This document shows positions 25,510 through 36,451 of a stretch of 41,009 nt of DNA, one piece after another. Positions within the stretch are counted from its first letter, which is position 1. Each line of letters starts with the position of its first letter. Position numbers and translations under genes: made by a program. Under the pieces are notes generated by a model. It was not told the origin of the DNA. It did no database searches and saw only the letters and a program-made list of their open reading frames with translations. Source of the stretch: a virus (Duplodnaviria > Heunggongvirae > Uroviricota > Caudoviricetes); the IMG/VR virus record IMGVR_UViG_3300024344_000001. One strand, given 5' to 3'.

Positions 25510-25547
25510 AGGGTCTTCCGTGCATTTTTGCCGGGAGGCCCTTTTTT
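25510..25547 (+). terminator. Rho-independent terminator after MCP
   Basis: AGGGTCTTCCG...CGGGAGGCCCT followed by a T run. Confidence 0.8.
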
Positions 25548-25606
25548 AGTGTATAATACAATGTGAATCACACCTTTTTCCTAGGAAAAACAAACAGGAG
25601 ACAAAA

Positions 25607-26071
25607 ATGGCCGAAATTTCCCGCTATGCGGCGTCTGGCTTCCTGAATCACCTTCTAAGAGGGACAACTTTCCAGAAACCATCTGGATTATCTGTCGCTC
25701 TTACAAGTACGGTTCCAAGTGGTACAGACACAGGTGCAACTATAACTGAAATTCCATCAGGTATTAACGGTTCAGGTACCGGTTATACCCGACTTCCTTT
25801 GGGTAATCCAACTGTCAGTGGTGACGGTAACTGGGAACTAGTTACTGACTTCTGGGATGCTGGAAGTGGAAAACTTGAAAACTCTATTAACTTGCTATTC
25901 TCTACCGCCCTACTTGATTGGGGTTGGGTATCTGGTGCTGTACTTTTAGACAGCAACGAGTATGGAGCAGGTAATGTATTACTTTACGCTCAGCTTGATA
26001 ACCCGCGTGTTGCGTATACCGGCGATGCTATGAAGTTCGAGATGAATACATTTGATATAACTCTTTCCTAA
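25607..26071 (+). CDS. virion structural protein
   Basis: LNHLLRG..F..P....VAL, GY.R, WG.V...L.D....GNVL.Y pattern; 8 Ser-Gly. Confidence 0.7.
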   Translation: MAEISRYAASGFLNHLLRGTTFQKPSGLSVALTSTVPSGTDTGATITEIPSGINGSGTGYTRLPLGNPTVSGDGNWELVTDFWDAGSGKLENSINLLFSTALLDWGWVSGAVLLDSNEYGAGNVLLYAQLDNPRVAYTGDAMKFEMNTFDITLS

Positions 26072-26082
26072 AAGGCTAATCT

Positions 26083-29000
26083 ATGACTATCCGTACTAGG
26101 CAGGAGTTGCTAAACTCCATTAACACCTTACTAGCGGATAACTCCAGCCAGCAGATCTCGCCGTTAGATGTTCGTAGTAGTCTTATTGACACTATTGACT
26201 CACTGGCGAACCTTCTGACCACGGTTGAAGTTAACGCTATAAATATGTCCACACCGGACGACAGGACTGTTAAAGTAGGAGTTGGTGCTCTTGATAAGCT
26301 TGACCTTGTGGGTCGATCAAGTGCGGATAACACTGCTGTAGGATATCGTACCCTTTTTCAGAACTATGACGGCGTTGATAATACGGCGGTTGGTTCTCAA
26401 GCCTTAAGCTGTAATCTATACGGCGACCACCTTGTTGCTATTGGTAAGAACGCTCTTGCCGGAAACATTTCTGGTTCTGGTAGTGTGGCCCTTGGTAACT
26501 TTGCTGGTCAGGCCCTAAAGACTGGTAACTTCAATATCTTCATTGGTCATGGTGCGGGTAACTACGTACCTACCGGTCAAGACTATCGCCTATACATTGG
26601 TGCTCATGCCGTTAACTATACGGACCTTTGTGACTCAGAATCTGCCTCTGGCAACGCCCCTACAATGTACGGGGATCTTGAGAATCACAAACTAGCAATC
26701 GGTGTTGGTAGTCTTCATGATTTTGGTGCTCTGCAAGTATCAGGTGATGTATCGCCGGTAACTAATGATGCTTCCAATCTTGGTCATGGATCAAAGGGTT
26801 GGGATCAACTTTGGCTAACCAGTGGTATTGCGTATGCTAACTCTGGTACCTTTGTTATCAGTAGTCACGCTCCAAAGGGTGGTGGATTTCCAGATCAGTA
26901 TACACTTACTCCACGAATTTATATGGATGGTGGAGGTAAGATCGGTATCGGTACGCAAACTCCGTCTGGGTCTCAGGGGATTATGACCGTCGCCGGGAAT
27001 ATTGTTCCCAGTGTAAACGGTACATACCAGCTTGGTGCTCCCGATTTGAAGTGGGACGGTTACTTCAATGATGTTGTTATTAGTGGTAATGCTACCATTG
27101 TTGACCTTGATTACGATACCAGAGTTGACTATCTATATGAGCCTATGACCATTCACCTTGCTGTGAGTGGCACCGCTGACCCATTGAGTAGTGGTTTTGT
27201 AAATAATGCGGTTTATGGTTATCTTTCTGACCCCGAATTAAATGGGGCTGGTTGGATGTTACATTCATCTGGCAACGATTATCAGAGAGATTATCAGTTC
27301 ATTTTCTATGAGCCAGATCAGTCACTTAATTGCCTTGAGACTGACAGTAACTACGCAAGATCTCACTGGACCTCTAACATCTCCCTTAAGGTAGCAGATG
27401 GACGCCACGTTCAGACTCAACGTGTTCTGAGTGGTGACGAGAATCTTTCCCTGGTTACGCAGTCCGGTTGTCATGGTTTATTCCTACGTACAGATGTAAC
27501 TGCCACTTCTGGTCAGTATACTGTACTTGGCTCAGAAGATCATGTAACCGCCGCTTATAGCAATCGCAAGAACGTCAATTTCTATGCCAATTCTGGTGAG
27601 CAGAATTACTTCTTAGGTGTTCATAGTATCAACTCTGGCGTAACTCTTGGTATTGATTTCGCTACCAGTGTTGGATCTACTCCATCTGGTTTCAGCTTAG
27701 AGTACGTAAACAGAATAGCCGGTGATGATACTTTTGTGATCAAGCGTAATGCTTCATCTAAAGACATTCTGACCGTTATGGAGTCTGGTTTTGTAGGAAT
27801 CTCAAACGCTAATAGTGTTGCTGTTATTCCAGAGACCAATCTACATGTTCAATCTACAGTAGCGGCTGAGGCTAGAATATCTAGTGCCGGTACGGATGCA
27901 ATGTTAACTCTTGAGAGAAAAGATCAGAACAAAGGTCTAAGAGTTGCTTACGACGCCGGTGATGCTATGATTGACTTCATGGCCGTATCTGGTAGTGATG
28001 TTCGTGATTATGATCAGTGGGCCTTCATGACTGTTCAGCCTACTACACGATATGTTACTATTGGTCAGGTTCATGGACCAACTAATACTAGTAGACCGTT
28101 CAATGATATTGCCCCCCTTGCTATCTATCATACTGGTAGCTTAAGTGGAACACTCGCTCTTGCTGAACAAACAGATACGCCAAATAATTCAGCGGGCTTT
28201 GGTAAGGTTTATGTTAAACCAAACGTTTCTGCGGGACAAACTCAGTCTATCTACTTTGTGGATGATGGTGGGAATGTATTTGATCTTACAACTGGCGGTA
28301 ATGAAGACGGTTTGCATTACACATATCCAGGTAGTACCGTTGTAGGTAGTGGTGGATTTGGTCAGATTTCTAACAATAGGTTTACAACCGCCGTTGGTGT
28401 TGGAGCGTTTTCAAGTGGAACCACTATTACAAGTGGTGTGTTGCTTGGATTCAATAACGCTCAGTACACAACCTCTTCTCCAACTGGCCCGATTCTTATC
28501 GGTACCAGCTTGTACCGAAATACCACTCTTCCTAGTTATACTTTAGCTATCGGTCATGGAACTTCTCCACTGGTAACTGGTAATACTAGCTCAAGAGAAT
28601 TCTGGGTAAGTAACGGTACTCTAGGGGCGACTTCTACAAATGATGCTACAGCCTTTTCAATAAGTCATACTTTATCTGAGGGTTACTATAATACACACAT
28701 AAATCATAAAGATACTACTAATGCATCATCCGTTTCTGGACTTATGAAGTTCAATTTTATTGATTCTTCTGATTCTAGTAACACATTGATGACTTTGGAT
28801 CATCGCTCTGATGCTATGTCTAATTCAGTTTCATTTTCCGGTGGTAATCCGTTTATGAGACTTGATGGAGATCTAAAGGTTAGAGGCTCTATTCAGTTTA
28901 GTGATGGTAGTTACTTTGAGTCTGCTGTTGGTGTTCTTACGTATGCAGGATCAGGTATGCAGAGAAGAACCGCCTCTTATGGTGCTATTCTTGACATCAA

Positions 29001-30057
29001 TATGAGAAACTTAAATCGTACAACTGCAAGTTATGTTGGCGATTTATCAAATGTAGACCTGATGATTGCTGATTCAAATGCACTTCATCTTAGAATGTCA
29101 CTGAGTGATTTAACTCAGTACATTAATAGTGGATCTGCATTCATTGCTAATAATTGCAATCATGTATTTCTTTATGATGTTAACACCTTTAATCCTGCAC
29201 TAAATAGTGGTAACGTGGTTATTGGCTGTGATGCTGCTCATTCAGCAACTGGTTGGAAGCATTCAGTAATGATTGGCACAGAAGCCGGTAGCGGTGCTAC
29301 AACTCCTAATGTAGTATTTGCTACTGATAACGGATCTGTTATGGTTGGTTATCGTGCTGGTAGAGATGCTGATAATGTTGGCAATCTAATTGCTATTGGT
29401 ACTAACGCCGCTAATAAGGCCCGTAATGCTGAAGGTTCAATTTATATTGGACAGAGTGCTGGTTCTCATGTACAGTGTACCAATTCTATTGGTATTGGTG
29501 AAAATGCACTTCGAGGCACTGATGGTGGTGGTCTTGGCGGTGATAAGAATATTGAGATTGTAGCAGGAATGCTTGATAGTCAGAGGTTGATGTACCAGAA
29601 GGGTAATCTATCCGAAAGACTAAACATAGCAAATACTATTGCGGGACATATGGGTAATCGCCGTGTATCTATCGGTGATGCTGTTCTTGCTCCAGACGCA
29701 CCGTTGTCTGTACGTAGAGATAGCACAATTCCTGGTCATAGTGGTACCGATAATATTCAGACATGGCACTGCAACGATACGAAAGTCGCACAAGTTGATT
29801 GTGATGGTGAGTTTGAGTCTATCAACTACCCAATGGTAATTGAAGGTTTTACAGCCGCACAAATCTCATGTCCATCCGGTTACCAGTGGCCTACTAGTGG
29901 TATATTAGTAGTTCGTGGAGAAGACTTCATTAGTACAAGAGAAGTATACATTACCCATCGTGATCCAAGTAGAACAATTGCCGCTGGTGTGTTTAGTCTT
30001 GCGATTCGTGTAAACAAGGAATACAGACCGTTCAATCCGGGTTGTTCAGGAGTTTAA
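26083..30057 (+). CDS. large fibre-like virion protein
   Basis: NTAVG/A.G..A beta-helix repeats, GKIGIGTQTP motif, Ser-Gly rich. Confidence 0.75.
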   Translation: MTIRTRQELLNSINTLLADNSSQQISPLDVRSSLIDTIDSLANLLTTVEVNAINMSTPDDRTVKVGVGALDKLDLVGRSSADNTAVGYRTLFQNYDGVDNTAVGSQALSCNLYGDHLVAIGKNALAGNISGSGSVALGNFAGQALKTGNFNIFIGHGAGNYVPTGQDYRLYIGAHAVNYTDLCDSESASGNAPTMYGDLENHKLAIGVGSLHDFGALQVSGDVSPVTNDASNLGHGSKGWDQLWLTSGIAYANSGTFVISSHAPKGGGFPDQYTLTPRIYMDGGGKIGIGTQTPSGSQGIMTVAGNIVPSVNGTYQLGAPDLKWDGYFNDVVISGNATIVDLDYDTRVDYLYEPMTIHLAVSGTADPLSSGFVNNAVYGYLSDPELNGAGWMLHSSGNDYQRDYQFIFYEPDQSLNCLETDSNYARSHWTSNISLKVADGRHVQTQRVLSGDENLSLVTQSGCHGLFLRTDVTATSGQYTVLGSEDHVTAAYSNRKNVNFYANSGEQNYFLGVHSINSGVTLGIDFATSVGSTPSGFSLEYVNRIAGDDTFVIKRNASSKDILTVMESGFVGISNANSVAVIPETNLHVQSTVAAEARISSAGTDAMLTLERKDQNKGLRVAYDAGDAMIDFMAVSGSDVRDYDQWAFMTVQPTTRYVTIGQVHGPTNTSRPFNDIAPLAIYHTGSLSGTLALAEQTDTPNNSAGFGKVYVKPNVSAGQTQSIYFVDDGGNVFDLTTGGNEDGLHYTYPGSTVVGSGGFGQISNNRFTTAVGVGAFSSGTTITSGVLLGFNNAQYTTSSPTGPILIGTSLYRNTTLPSYTLAIGHGTSPLVTGNTSSREFWVSNGTLGATSTNDATAFSISHTLSEGYYNTHINHKDTTNASSVSGLMKFNFIDSSDSSNTLMTLDHRSDAMSNSVSFSGGNPFMRLDGDLKVRGSIQFSDGSYFESAVGVLTYAGSGMQRRTASYGAILDINMRNLNRTTASYVGDLSNVDLMIADSNALHLRMSLSDLTQYINSGSAFIANNCNHVFLYDVNTFNPALNSGNVVIGCDAAHSATGWKHSVMIGTEAGSGATTPNVVFATDNGSVMVGYRAGRDADNVGNLIAIGTNAANKARNAEGSIYIGQSAGSHVQCTNSIGIGENALRGTDGGGLGGDKNIEIVAGMLDSQRLMYQKGNLSERLNIANTIAGHMGNRRVSIGDAVLAPDAPLSVRRDSTIPGHSGTDNIQTWHCNDTKVAQVDCDGEFESINYPMVIEGFTAAQISCPSGYQWPTSGILVVRGEDFISTREVYITHRDPSRTIAAGVFSLAIRVNKEYRPFNPGCSGV

Positions 30058-30060
30058 TCA

Positions 30061-32505
30061 ATGGCGACAGAAACACTAAGACCTAATGGTAATGCTAATT
30101 CATTATGGTTTGATAACAGTTACCTAGATATTGATGACGCGATTACGCAACCATCTTCCGCTGGTGATGGAACACAGATTAGGGCGGATGGGAGTGACGA
30201 TAGTGAAAGACAAGAGTATGATTGTACAGCTCTTACTTCACTAAATTCATTAACATCTGTGCAAGTATGGGTTAGGCACAAAGACTATGGGATATCGGGC
30301 AATCCAGACGCACAGATTAATATTGAGGTCGGTGGGGTATGGCAGACTGCCCAGAATATATCCTATAGTTCTAGTTACACCTGGGTAAGTGCTACATTTA
30401 CTGGGACATGGGACGATACAGACTTTACAGACTTTAAGATTGGGGTTACTGCTCCAAACAGCATTGGTAGCGGTCGTGAGTATCTTGTTGCCGTTATGTA
30501 TGCTGTAGTTACGGGGTCTACTGTGACTACCACCACTACAACTACTACCACAACTACTACAACAACCACTCCAGCACCTACTACTACTCCTGACCCATAT
30601 GACCCAAGTGGATGTGGATGTCAGGATTGTGGATGTGAATCTAATGACTGTCCCGAAGCTAGTGGGGCTTGTTTTTATTGGGATCTCGATGTAGCATACA
30701 GTGGAATGCACGCCTATGAATTAACCTCATGGAAAGATCATGGTTATAAGTACGGCGAATATATCGATATGAGTAGTAGCGGGAATTACATTGGAACAGT
30801 TGGTGGTAGTGGATCATCATTGACTACTGACTACACTAGGGTGTATCGAATAGAAGATAATAATACATGGACGCAGATTGGTACTGGTATTCAACATACT
30901 GGAGTGAATTATGGTAATGGACCCGGTCAAATTGCGATCAGTAACCATTCGGATACAGATCCATCTGGCTTAAGAGTCGCCCTTCATTATCCCAATAAAT
31001 ATCACGTTAAGTCAAGAGAATTTAATGGAACCGATTTTATACAGATTGGATCTGATATTAATGGAACTATGAATAAGATGGTTTCTCATGGAGATTATTT
31101 CACTACTGACTCCTATACTGCACGAACATATTCATTAGCTAGTAATGGTTCTGGAGATATTATCGCCTTGGGGCATAGATTTTCAAGATTCTTGAATGAG
31201 TCCGGGTGTGCTAGTATACATCAGTGGAATGGTGTATCATGGAGTCAAATTGGTGAGGTTTATACTACATATCCGTTTACTCAAACTATGGACCCTCAGA
31301 TACTTTTAACCGATGATGGTAGCGGTATTACTGTTTCATATAAGAGGGATGTGATAGAAACCTTTGAAAATACGGGTAGTACTGTATGGTCTGCTAAAGG
31401 GGCGGCAATTTCAGTACACCGTTATGAAGACATTGGGATATCTAATGACGGCAACTATATTTCTGTTTGTGGAGCTTGGTATAATCAAGAACTCTCAGTA
31501 TATAAATACAATGGGTCATCATGGAGTAAGGATGGATACTTCTACAATCCATATACTATGTGTGCGTTGCACAGAACAACAGACATGAACGAGGACGGTA
31601 CTGTCGCCGTATTTGGTAGATGGTACAATAATATAGGAAAGGTGTTAAGAGTTACAAGGAATGGGGCTTCATGGGTGAACAACGGAGAGTCTTACGAGAG
31701 CTTAATTCCCCCAAATGGAAGACCTGTTAATTTAGTAGTTGATGGTAGTGGTGATAGAATTTGTTTTGGTAGTTTATACGAGAACATTGTTAAGGTTGCT
31801 GACTTCGGATTCACTAGTGGGGTTCGTCCGATAGGAACATTATGTCTTGAGAACCTGACTGAAAAACAGTGTAATGAGTATTATAATCCACTATGGGTTC
31901 CTAGTGGTACATGTTCAAGTGGTCCACCATATCCTTTACCTAATACTACTACTACTGTATGCCCATCAACATCAACTACAACTACATTAACTACTTCAAC
32001 CACCACAACTACAACAACGCCTACCACAACACCTACAACAACTCCAACTACAACACCAACCACAACAGATACTACTACTACTACACCAGATCCGGGTGAC
32101 TGTTGTCAGTGGGACGGTGAAGCTACATGGAATGGAACTTGGTTAGTTTTTGCTTCTCCGCATAGATGTCCATATAGTCAAGCAATTACATTCACTAAGA
32201 TACAAGACAACCCACCAATTTGGGAGTATGATGATTATCTACCATGCGGGCCAACCGAAGATTATTTACATGTACAAGTGTCATGTGATCCAAATATGGC
32301 CTTTGAAACCCCAGATATAAATACTAATCCAAATTCAGGTAAATGGGCAATTGTTGGAGGGGCCGGTTTATCCTGTAGTGGCGGCGACATTAATTTTGGA
32401 TTTACTGGTGGAACGATAGAACCTCCGTCATGTGATGGTCCTCCTAGATTCTCTTATACTTCAGAGTATATGCGTGACTTTTGTGACTGTTGCGATCCTA
32501 AATAA
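30061..32505 (+). CDS. virion protein with propeller-like core, poly-Thr linkers and Cys-rich domains
   Basis: WTQIG/WSQIG repeats, ISNDG motif, Thr/Pro tracts at ~30526-30590 and ~31943-32090. Confidence 0.7.
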   Translation: MATETLRPNGNANSLWFDNSYLDIDDAITQPSSAGDGTQIRADGSDDSERQEYDCTALTSLNSLTSVQVWVRHKDYGISGNPDAQINIEVGGVWQTAQNISYSSSYTWVSATFTGTWDDTDFTDFKIGVTAPNSIGSGREYLVAVMYAVVTGSTVTTTTTTTTTTTTTTTPAPTTTPDPYDPSGCGCQDCGCESNDCPEASGACFYWDLDVAYSGMHAYELTSWKDHGYKYGEYIDMSSSGNYIGTVGGSGSSLTTDYTRVYRIEDNNTWTQIGTGIQHTGVNYGNGPGQIAISNHSDTDPSGLRVALHYPNKYHVKSREFNGTDFIQIGSDINGTMNKMVSHGDYFTTDSYTARTYSLASNGSGDIIALGHRFSRFLNESGCASIHQWNGVSWSQIGEVYTTYPFTQTMDPQILLTDDGSGITVSYKRDVIETFENTGSTVWSAKGAAISVHRYEDIGISNDGNYISVCGAWYNQELSVYKYNGSSWSKDGYFYNPYTMCALHRTTDMNEDGTVAVFGRWYNNIGKVLRVTRNGASWVNNGESYESLIPPNGRPVNLVVDGSGDRICFGSLYENIVKVADFGFTSGVRPIGTLCLENLTEKQCNEYYNPLWVPSGTCSSGPPYPLPNTTTTVCPSTSTTTTLTTSTTTTTTTPTTTPTTTPTTTPTTTDTTTTTPDPGDCCQWDGEATWNGTWLVFASPHRCPYSQAITFTKIQDNPPIWEYDDYLPCGPTEDYLHVQVSCDPNMAFETPDINTNPNSGKWAIVGGAGLSCSGGDINFGFTGGTIEPPSCDGPPRFSYTSEYMRDFCDCCDPK

Positions 32506-32529
32506 AAAACAAGGAAAAAGGAAATACAA

Positions 32530-33585
32530 ATGATTATGGGAAGAAAAGTACCGAGACTAACAATTGGTATGGCTCATTATGATGATTATGACGGAGCTTA
32601 TTTTACAATACAGAACATACGCAAGGAACTGGTATTTTCAGGGAATGCAGAGGTTCTGGATTTCATAGAGTTCGTGGTCGTAGATAACAACCCAGAGAGT
32701 AATCATGGTAAGGTGCTTGAGAGATTCCTTAAGAATAATCTTCCAACCACTAACGATATTAGGCTAGTAAAGTGTAATGAAAATGTTGGGACTTCATATA
32801 CTCGAAACAGAGTAATAGAAGTTGCGTCAGGAGATTTTGTTCTAGTGATGGATTGTCACGTTATGCTATGTCCAGTTGTTAAAGTTATTAAACGTCTGTT
32901 CGAGCTAATGATGGATCGCCCTAATACCAATGATTTATATACTGGCCCTCTAGTATCAGATGATATGAAAGGTATATCAACCCACTTTAATTTAGACTGG
33001 AGTTCTGGAATGTGGGGTAAGTGGGGAAGTTGTTTCAAATGTGAGTGTGGAGAGTATTTCACTGGTGTTCCTGTTAATAAGTGTATAACATATCGTTCAC
33101 TAGTGAAACAAGAAACTATAGATAGCTGCACTAAGTGTCATAAAAAATATCCTACACTTTCATCTTTTGGGTGGAAGAAATCCCTCGTGAAACATGGATA
33201 TAGTAATGTTGGATGGTCTGATTCGGAAGAATTCGAAATACCATCTCAGGGTCTTGGTATCTTTTTTGTAAGAAGAGAATCTTGGCTTGGATTTAATCAT
33301 TACTGTAGGGGGTTTGGTGGAGAAGAAGGATATATACACGAGAAATACAGACAGGCTGGTCGTAAGTGCATCAATCTATCTTGGCTGAAGTGGCTACATC
33401 GTTTCAATAGACCAAACGGAGTAAAATATCCGTTGACTAACATAAACAAGTTTAGAAACTACATGCTAGAGTTTAATGAGTTGGGATTAGACACTAAGCC
33501 CGTAATAGAACATTTTAAGTCTGTAGGGGTCGATCAAGAACTAATAGCGTCCTTCATAAAAGAGGCTAACCTTATTTATAGGTAA
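32530..33585 (+). CDS. glycosyltransferase family 2
   Basis: VVVDNNP, GTSYTRN....ASGDFVLVMDCHV, GFGGEEGYI. Confidence 0.85.
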   Translation: MIMGRKVPRLTIGMAHYDDYDGAYFTIQNIRKELVFSGNAEVLDFIEFVVVDNNPESNHGKVLERFLKNNLPTTNDIRLVKCNENVGTSYTRNRVIEVASGDFVLVMDCHVMLCPVVKVIKRLFELMMDRPNTNDLYTGPLVSDDMKGISTHFNLDWSSGMWGKWGSCFKCECGEYFTGVPVNKCITYRSLVKQETIDSCTKCHKKYPTLSSFGWKKSLVKHGYSNVGWSDSEEFEIPSQGLGIFFVRRESWLGFNHYCRGFGGEEGYIHEKYRQAGRKCINLSWLKWLHRFNRPNGVKYPLTNINKFRNYMLEFNELGLDTKPVIEHFKSVGVDQELIASFIKEANLIYR

Positions 33586-33590
33586 CAAAC

Positions 33591-35936
33591 ATGGCTATTG
33601 TATTAGCAGATAGAGTAAAACAAACCACAGCAACTACTGGCTCTGGAACCATCGCCCTAAGTGGGACGTTCGGTGGCTTTCAGGGTTTTAGTGCTATTGG
33701 TGATGGTAATGAGACTTTCTACTGTGTTGAAAACTACGGTAGATGGGAAGTAGGAATCGGTACGTACAGTAACGCCGGAACACTTACTAGAGATACCGTT
33801 TTGAAGTCATCTGCTGGAGGGGTTAAAATCAATATGCAGGGTTTGAGTACAGTGTTCTGTACTTATCCAGCAGATAGAACCGTATTTACAAATGCATCTG
33901 GTTTTCTTGACCTTTCCGCTAATAGTGGACTTGTCTTCCCAGATAACATGAATTTGAATGATGTAACCATTAGCGGCAACTTGAATATTACGCCGTATGG
34001 TAGTAAGATGACTACGTTCATCAGAACGACATCTGGTAACTTCTTTCAGGCGTATGTCGATGATGCTTACGACAGAACAATCGCCCTATATACTGATGCA
34101 ACTAGCTCTCCGAAATGGAGACTTGGTGTAAAAAATAGCCCTACGTATAATGATCAGCCCCCTACATATGGTTACGTTTGTGGTGAGGATGGTTGTGTTG
34201 GTTTGAATGCTACGGCGACTAGTAGTTTCGAAATCAAACATGCTACTGGGTTTACTCTTACGCACCAGAGTACAAACCTATTAACTGGCAGTAAGGTGAA
34301 TGGTATTACTGTGGGTGTTCCTACAATTGGTACTGCACTATCCACGGCGGGTAGCGGTAGTATGGCCGCACTTACAGTTACTAGTGGAGTTGTGTTTTCC
34401 AACGGACTTCAGTCTCAAGCATTTCTCGGTCTACAACCAACCTCTGGACAAGCAGCGTATGCTTCTGGACAAATCAATAACGTAAGTGCTGACTTACTAG
34501 TGGTTTCCGGTATTGCTTCTGCTCATACTACAGATTATTCTAGTAATATTCTTGCTAATAGTGCAAGCGGTGTAGCTATATCTGGATGGGCCGCAGGTAC
34601 ATTTTTAACCTCATACACAGACACTACTTATACAGCGGGTAGTGGTATGTCTCTAGTGGGAACTATTTTTCACTGGACAGAATCTGGAGTTCCGATTGCA
34701 AACTCTGGATATGCAGAAAGTGTGTATCTAAAAGAACATCCATCAATTTCAGCAGCTAGTAGTTCCTCTAATACTGGGCGAACCTATATACAAAACATTA
34801 CCCTGGATTCTAATGGTCATATAACAGCTATGACTAGTGGAACCGAGACTGTTACAGATACGGATACAACTTATACTTCCGGTTCTGGTATAACTCTTCA
34901 AGGTGGAGTGTTTCACGCTACTAATACGTTCGCAGCAGATATACTTGCCAATTCACAAAGCGGAGTTGTCATTAGTGGTATTGCTGCTGCTGGTGGTACA
35001 ATGTATTCCGCAGGTAGTGGATTAAGTTTAGTTGGAACAACTTTTCACTGGACTGAGAGCGGTATTCCTATTGCAAATTCTGGATACTTTGAATCAAAGA
35101 TAGCAGGTTTACCAGATAATGATACAACCTACACTGCTGGTAGCGGTATGGCACTAGTAGGTAATGTATTTCATTTTACTGATTCTGGAGCTATGCTTGC
35201 TGGAGATATTGCAGTTTCTGGATGGGTTGCTGCTCAAGGGTATGTTACAACCGATACAAATACGACATATACTGCGGGATCTGGTTTAACATTAGTAGGT
35301 ACTGAGTTTAACTGGACTGAGTCAGGTATTCCAATTGCTAACTCTGGTTATTTTGAAACCAAGATAGCTGGTCTTCCTGATAATGACACCACATACACCG
35401 CTGGAAGCGGCATGGAACTTGTTGGTACAGTATTTCATTGGACGGAGTCCGGTGTTCCTATTGCAAACAGTGGTTACTTCCAGGGGCAACTTGATTCCCT
35501 TGTGGATAATGATACTACCTATACAGCAGGGTCTGGTGTAGAATTAGTAGGTACTACATTCCATGTTTCTTCTAACGGTGGTAGTGGTACTCTTGAAGGT
35601 CTTACGGTAGATAAAGCTATTAAGACTAAAATCAATACTGAAGCTGATGGTGCTACTATTACGTTCAATATGAATGATAGTAACACTCATATGGCAACCC
35701 TTGGTGGTAATCGTACAATCGCCGTAAGTAATGCGGCATCTGGTCAGAAGTTCATGCTTAGATTGAAGCAGGATGGTACAGGGTCACGAACCGTTACATG
35801 GTTTAGTGATATCAAGTGGGAAAATGGGTCCGCACCTACACTATCTAGTGTGGCGAATCATGCGGATTGGTTTGGATTTGTATGTACCTCTGGTGGGTAC
35901 TATGACGGTTGTGTAATTATGTCAGGAGTAAGATAA
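33591..35936 (+). CDS. tail fibre-like protein with seven DTTYTAGSG-type repeats
   Basis: N-terminal LADRVKQTTATTGSG, internal repeats, C-terminal L.QDGTGSRTVTW...W..G.AP domain. Confidence 0.8.
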   Translation: MAIVLADRVKQTTATTGSGTIALSGTFGGFQGFSAIGDGNETFYCVENYGRWEVGIGTYSNAGTLTRDTVLKSSAGGVKINMQGLSTVFCTYPADRTVFTNASGFLDLSANSGLVFPDNMNLNDVTISGNLNITPYGSKMTTFIRTTSGNFFQAYVDDAYDRTIALYTDATSSPKWRLGVKNSPTYNDQPPTYGYVCGEDGCVGLNATATSSFEIKHATGFTLTHQSTNLLTGSKVNGITVGVPTIGTALSTAGSGSMAALTVTSGVVFSNGLQSQAFLGLQPTSGQAAYASGQINNVSADLLVVSGIASAHTTDYSSNILANSASGVAISGWAAGTFLTSYTDTTYTAGSGMSLVGTIFHWTESGVPIANSGYAESVYLKEHPSISAASSSSNTGRTYIQNITLDSNGHITAMTSGTETVTDTDTTYTSGSGITLQGGVFHATNTFAADILANSQSGVVISGIAAAGGTMYSAGSGLSLVGTTFHWTESGIPIANSGYFESKIAGLPDNDTTYTAGSGMALVGNVFHFTDSGAMLAGDIAVSGWVAAQGYVTTDTNTTYTAGSGLTLVGTEFNWTESGIPIANSGYFETKIAGLPDNDTTYTAGSGMELVGTVFHWTESGVPIANSGYFQGQLDSLVDNDTTYTAGSGVELVGTTFHVSSNGGSGTLEGLTVDKAIKTKINTEADGATITFNMNDSNTHMATLGGNRTIAVSNAASGQKFMLRLKQDGTGSRTVTWFSDIKWENGSAPTLSSVANHADWFGFVCTSGGYYDGCVIMSGVR

Positions 35937-36451
35937 TGACTTGGTTAAGGGCTGAAAAAGGTATTAATAACATTAGATTTAAGGCTGTGCTAGAAGAGTG
36001 TGAGGATTACATTGAACACATAGATGAACTTATGCCTAAGCTACAGAGGGAAGATCACGTCATGTGGTACTGGAGTAGCCGTAATTTCCGACTAGCATTG
36101 TGTTACAAAATTACAAGAGACGGCACTCATGCACGTATAGTTGTGGGTGTACCATCGCCAGAGGGGAATCCTTCTGATTGGTGTAAGACAATGATTCAAA
36201 AATTAAGAGTTGAATTAGATACCCTTGGTATTACTGAGTGGTCTGCTACTCAAGCACCTGAGTATAAGTCTGAACACATGGCGGACTTTGCTGACTTTAT
36301 TGATCGTATATGTCATGAGGTGGATGGGGATATTATGAAACCCGATAGGCGTCTACTCATATTTAATAGAAAAGAGAAGAACAAGCAGTACGATAACAAG
36401 TTTGAAGGTCGCGGTAAGGACAGACCTCCTAGAATTCGTAGGGGCGTGTAA
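35936..36451 (+). CDS. hypothetical protein
   Basis: ORF track with start moved to MTWLR (TAATG coupling). Confidence 0.6.
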   Translation: MTWLRAEKGINNIRFKAVLEECEDYIEHIDELMPKLQREDHVMWYWSSRNFRLALCYKITRDGTHARIVVGVPSPEGNPSDWCKTMIQKLRVELDTLGITEWSATQAPEYKSEHMADFADFIDRICHEVDGDIMKPDRRLLIFNRKEKNKQYDNKFEGRGKDRPPRIRRGV

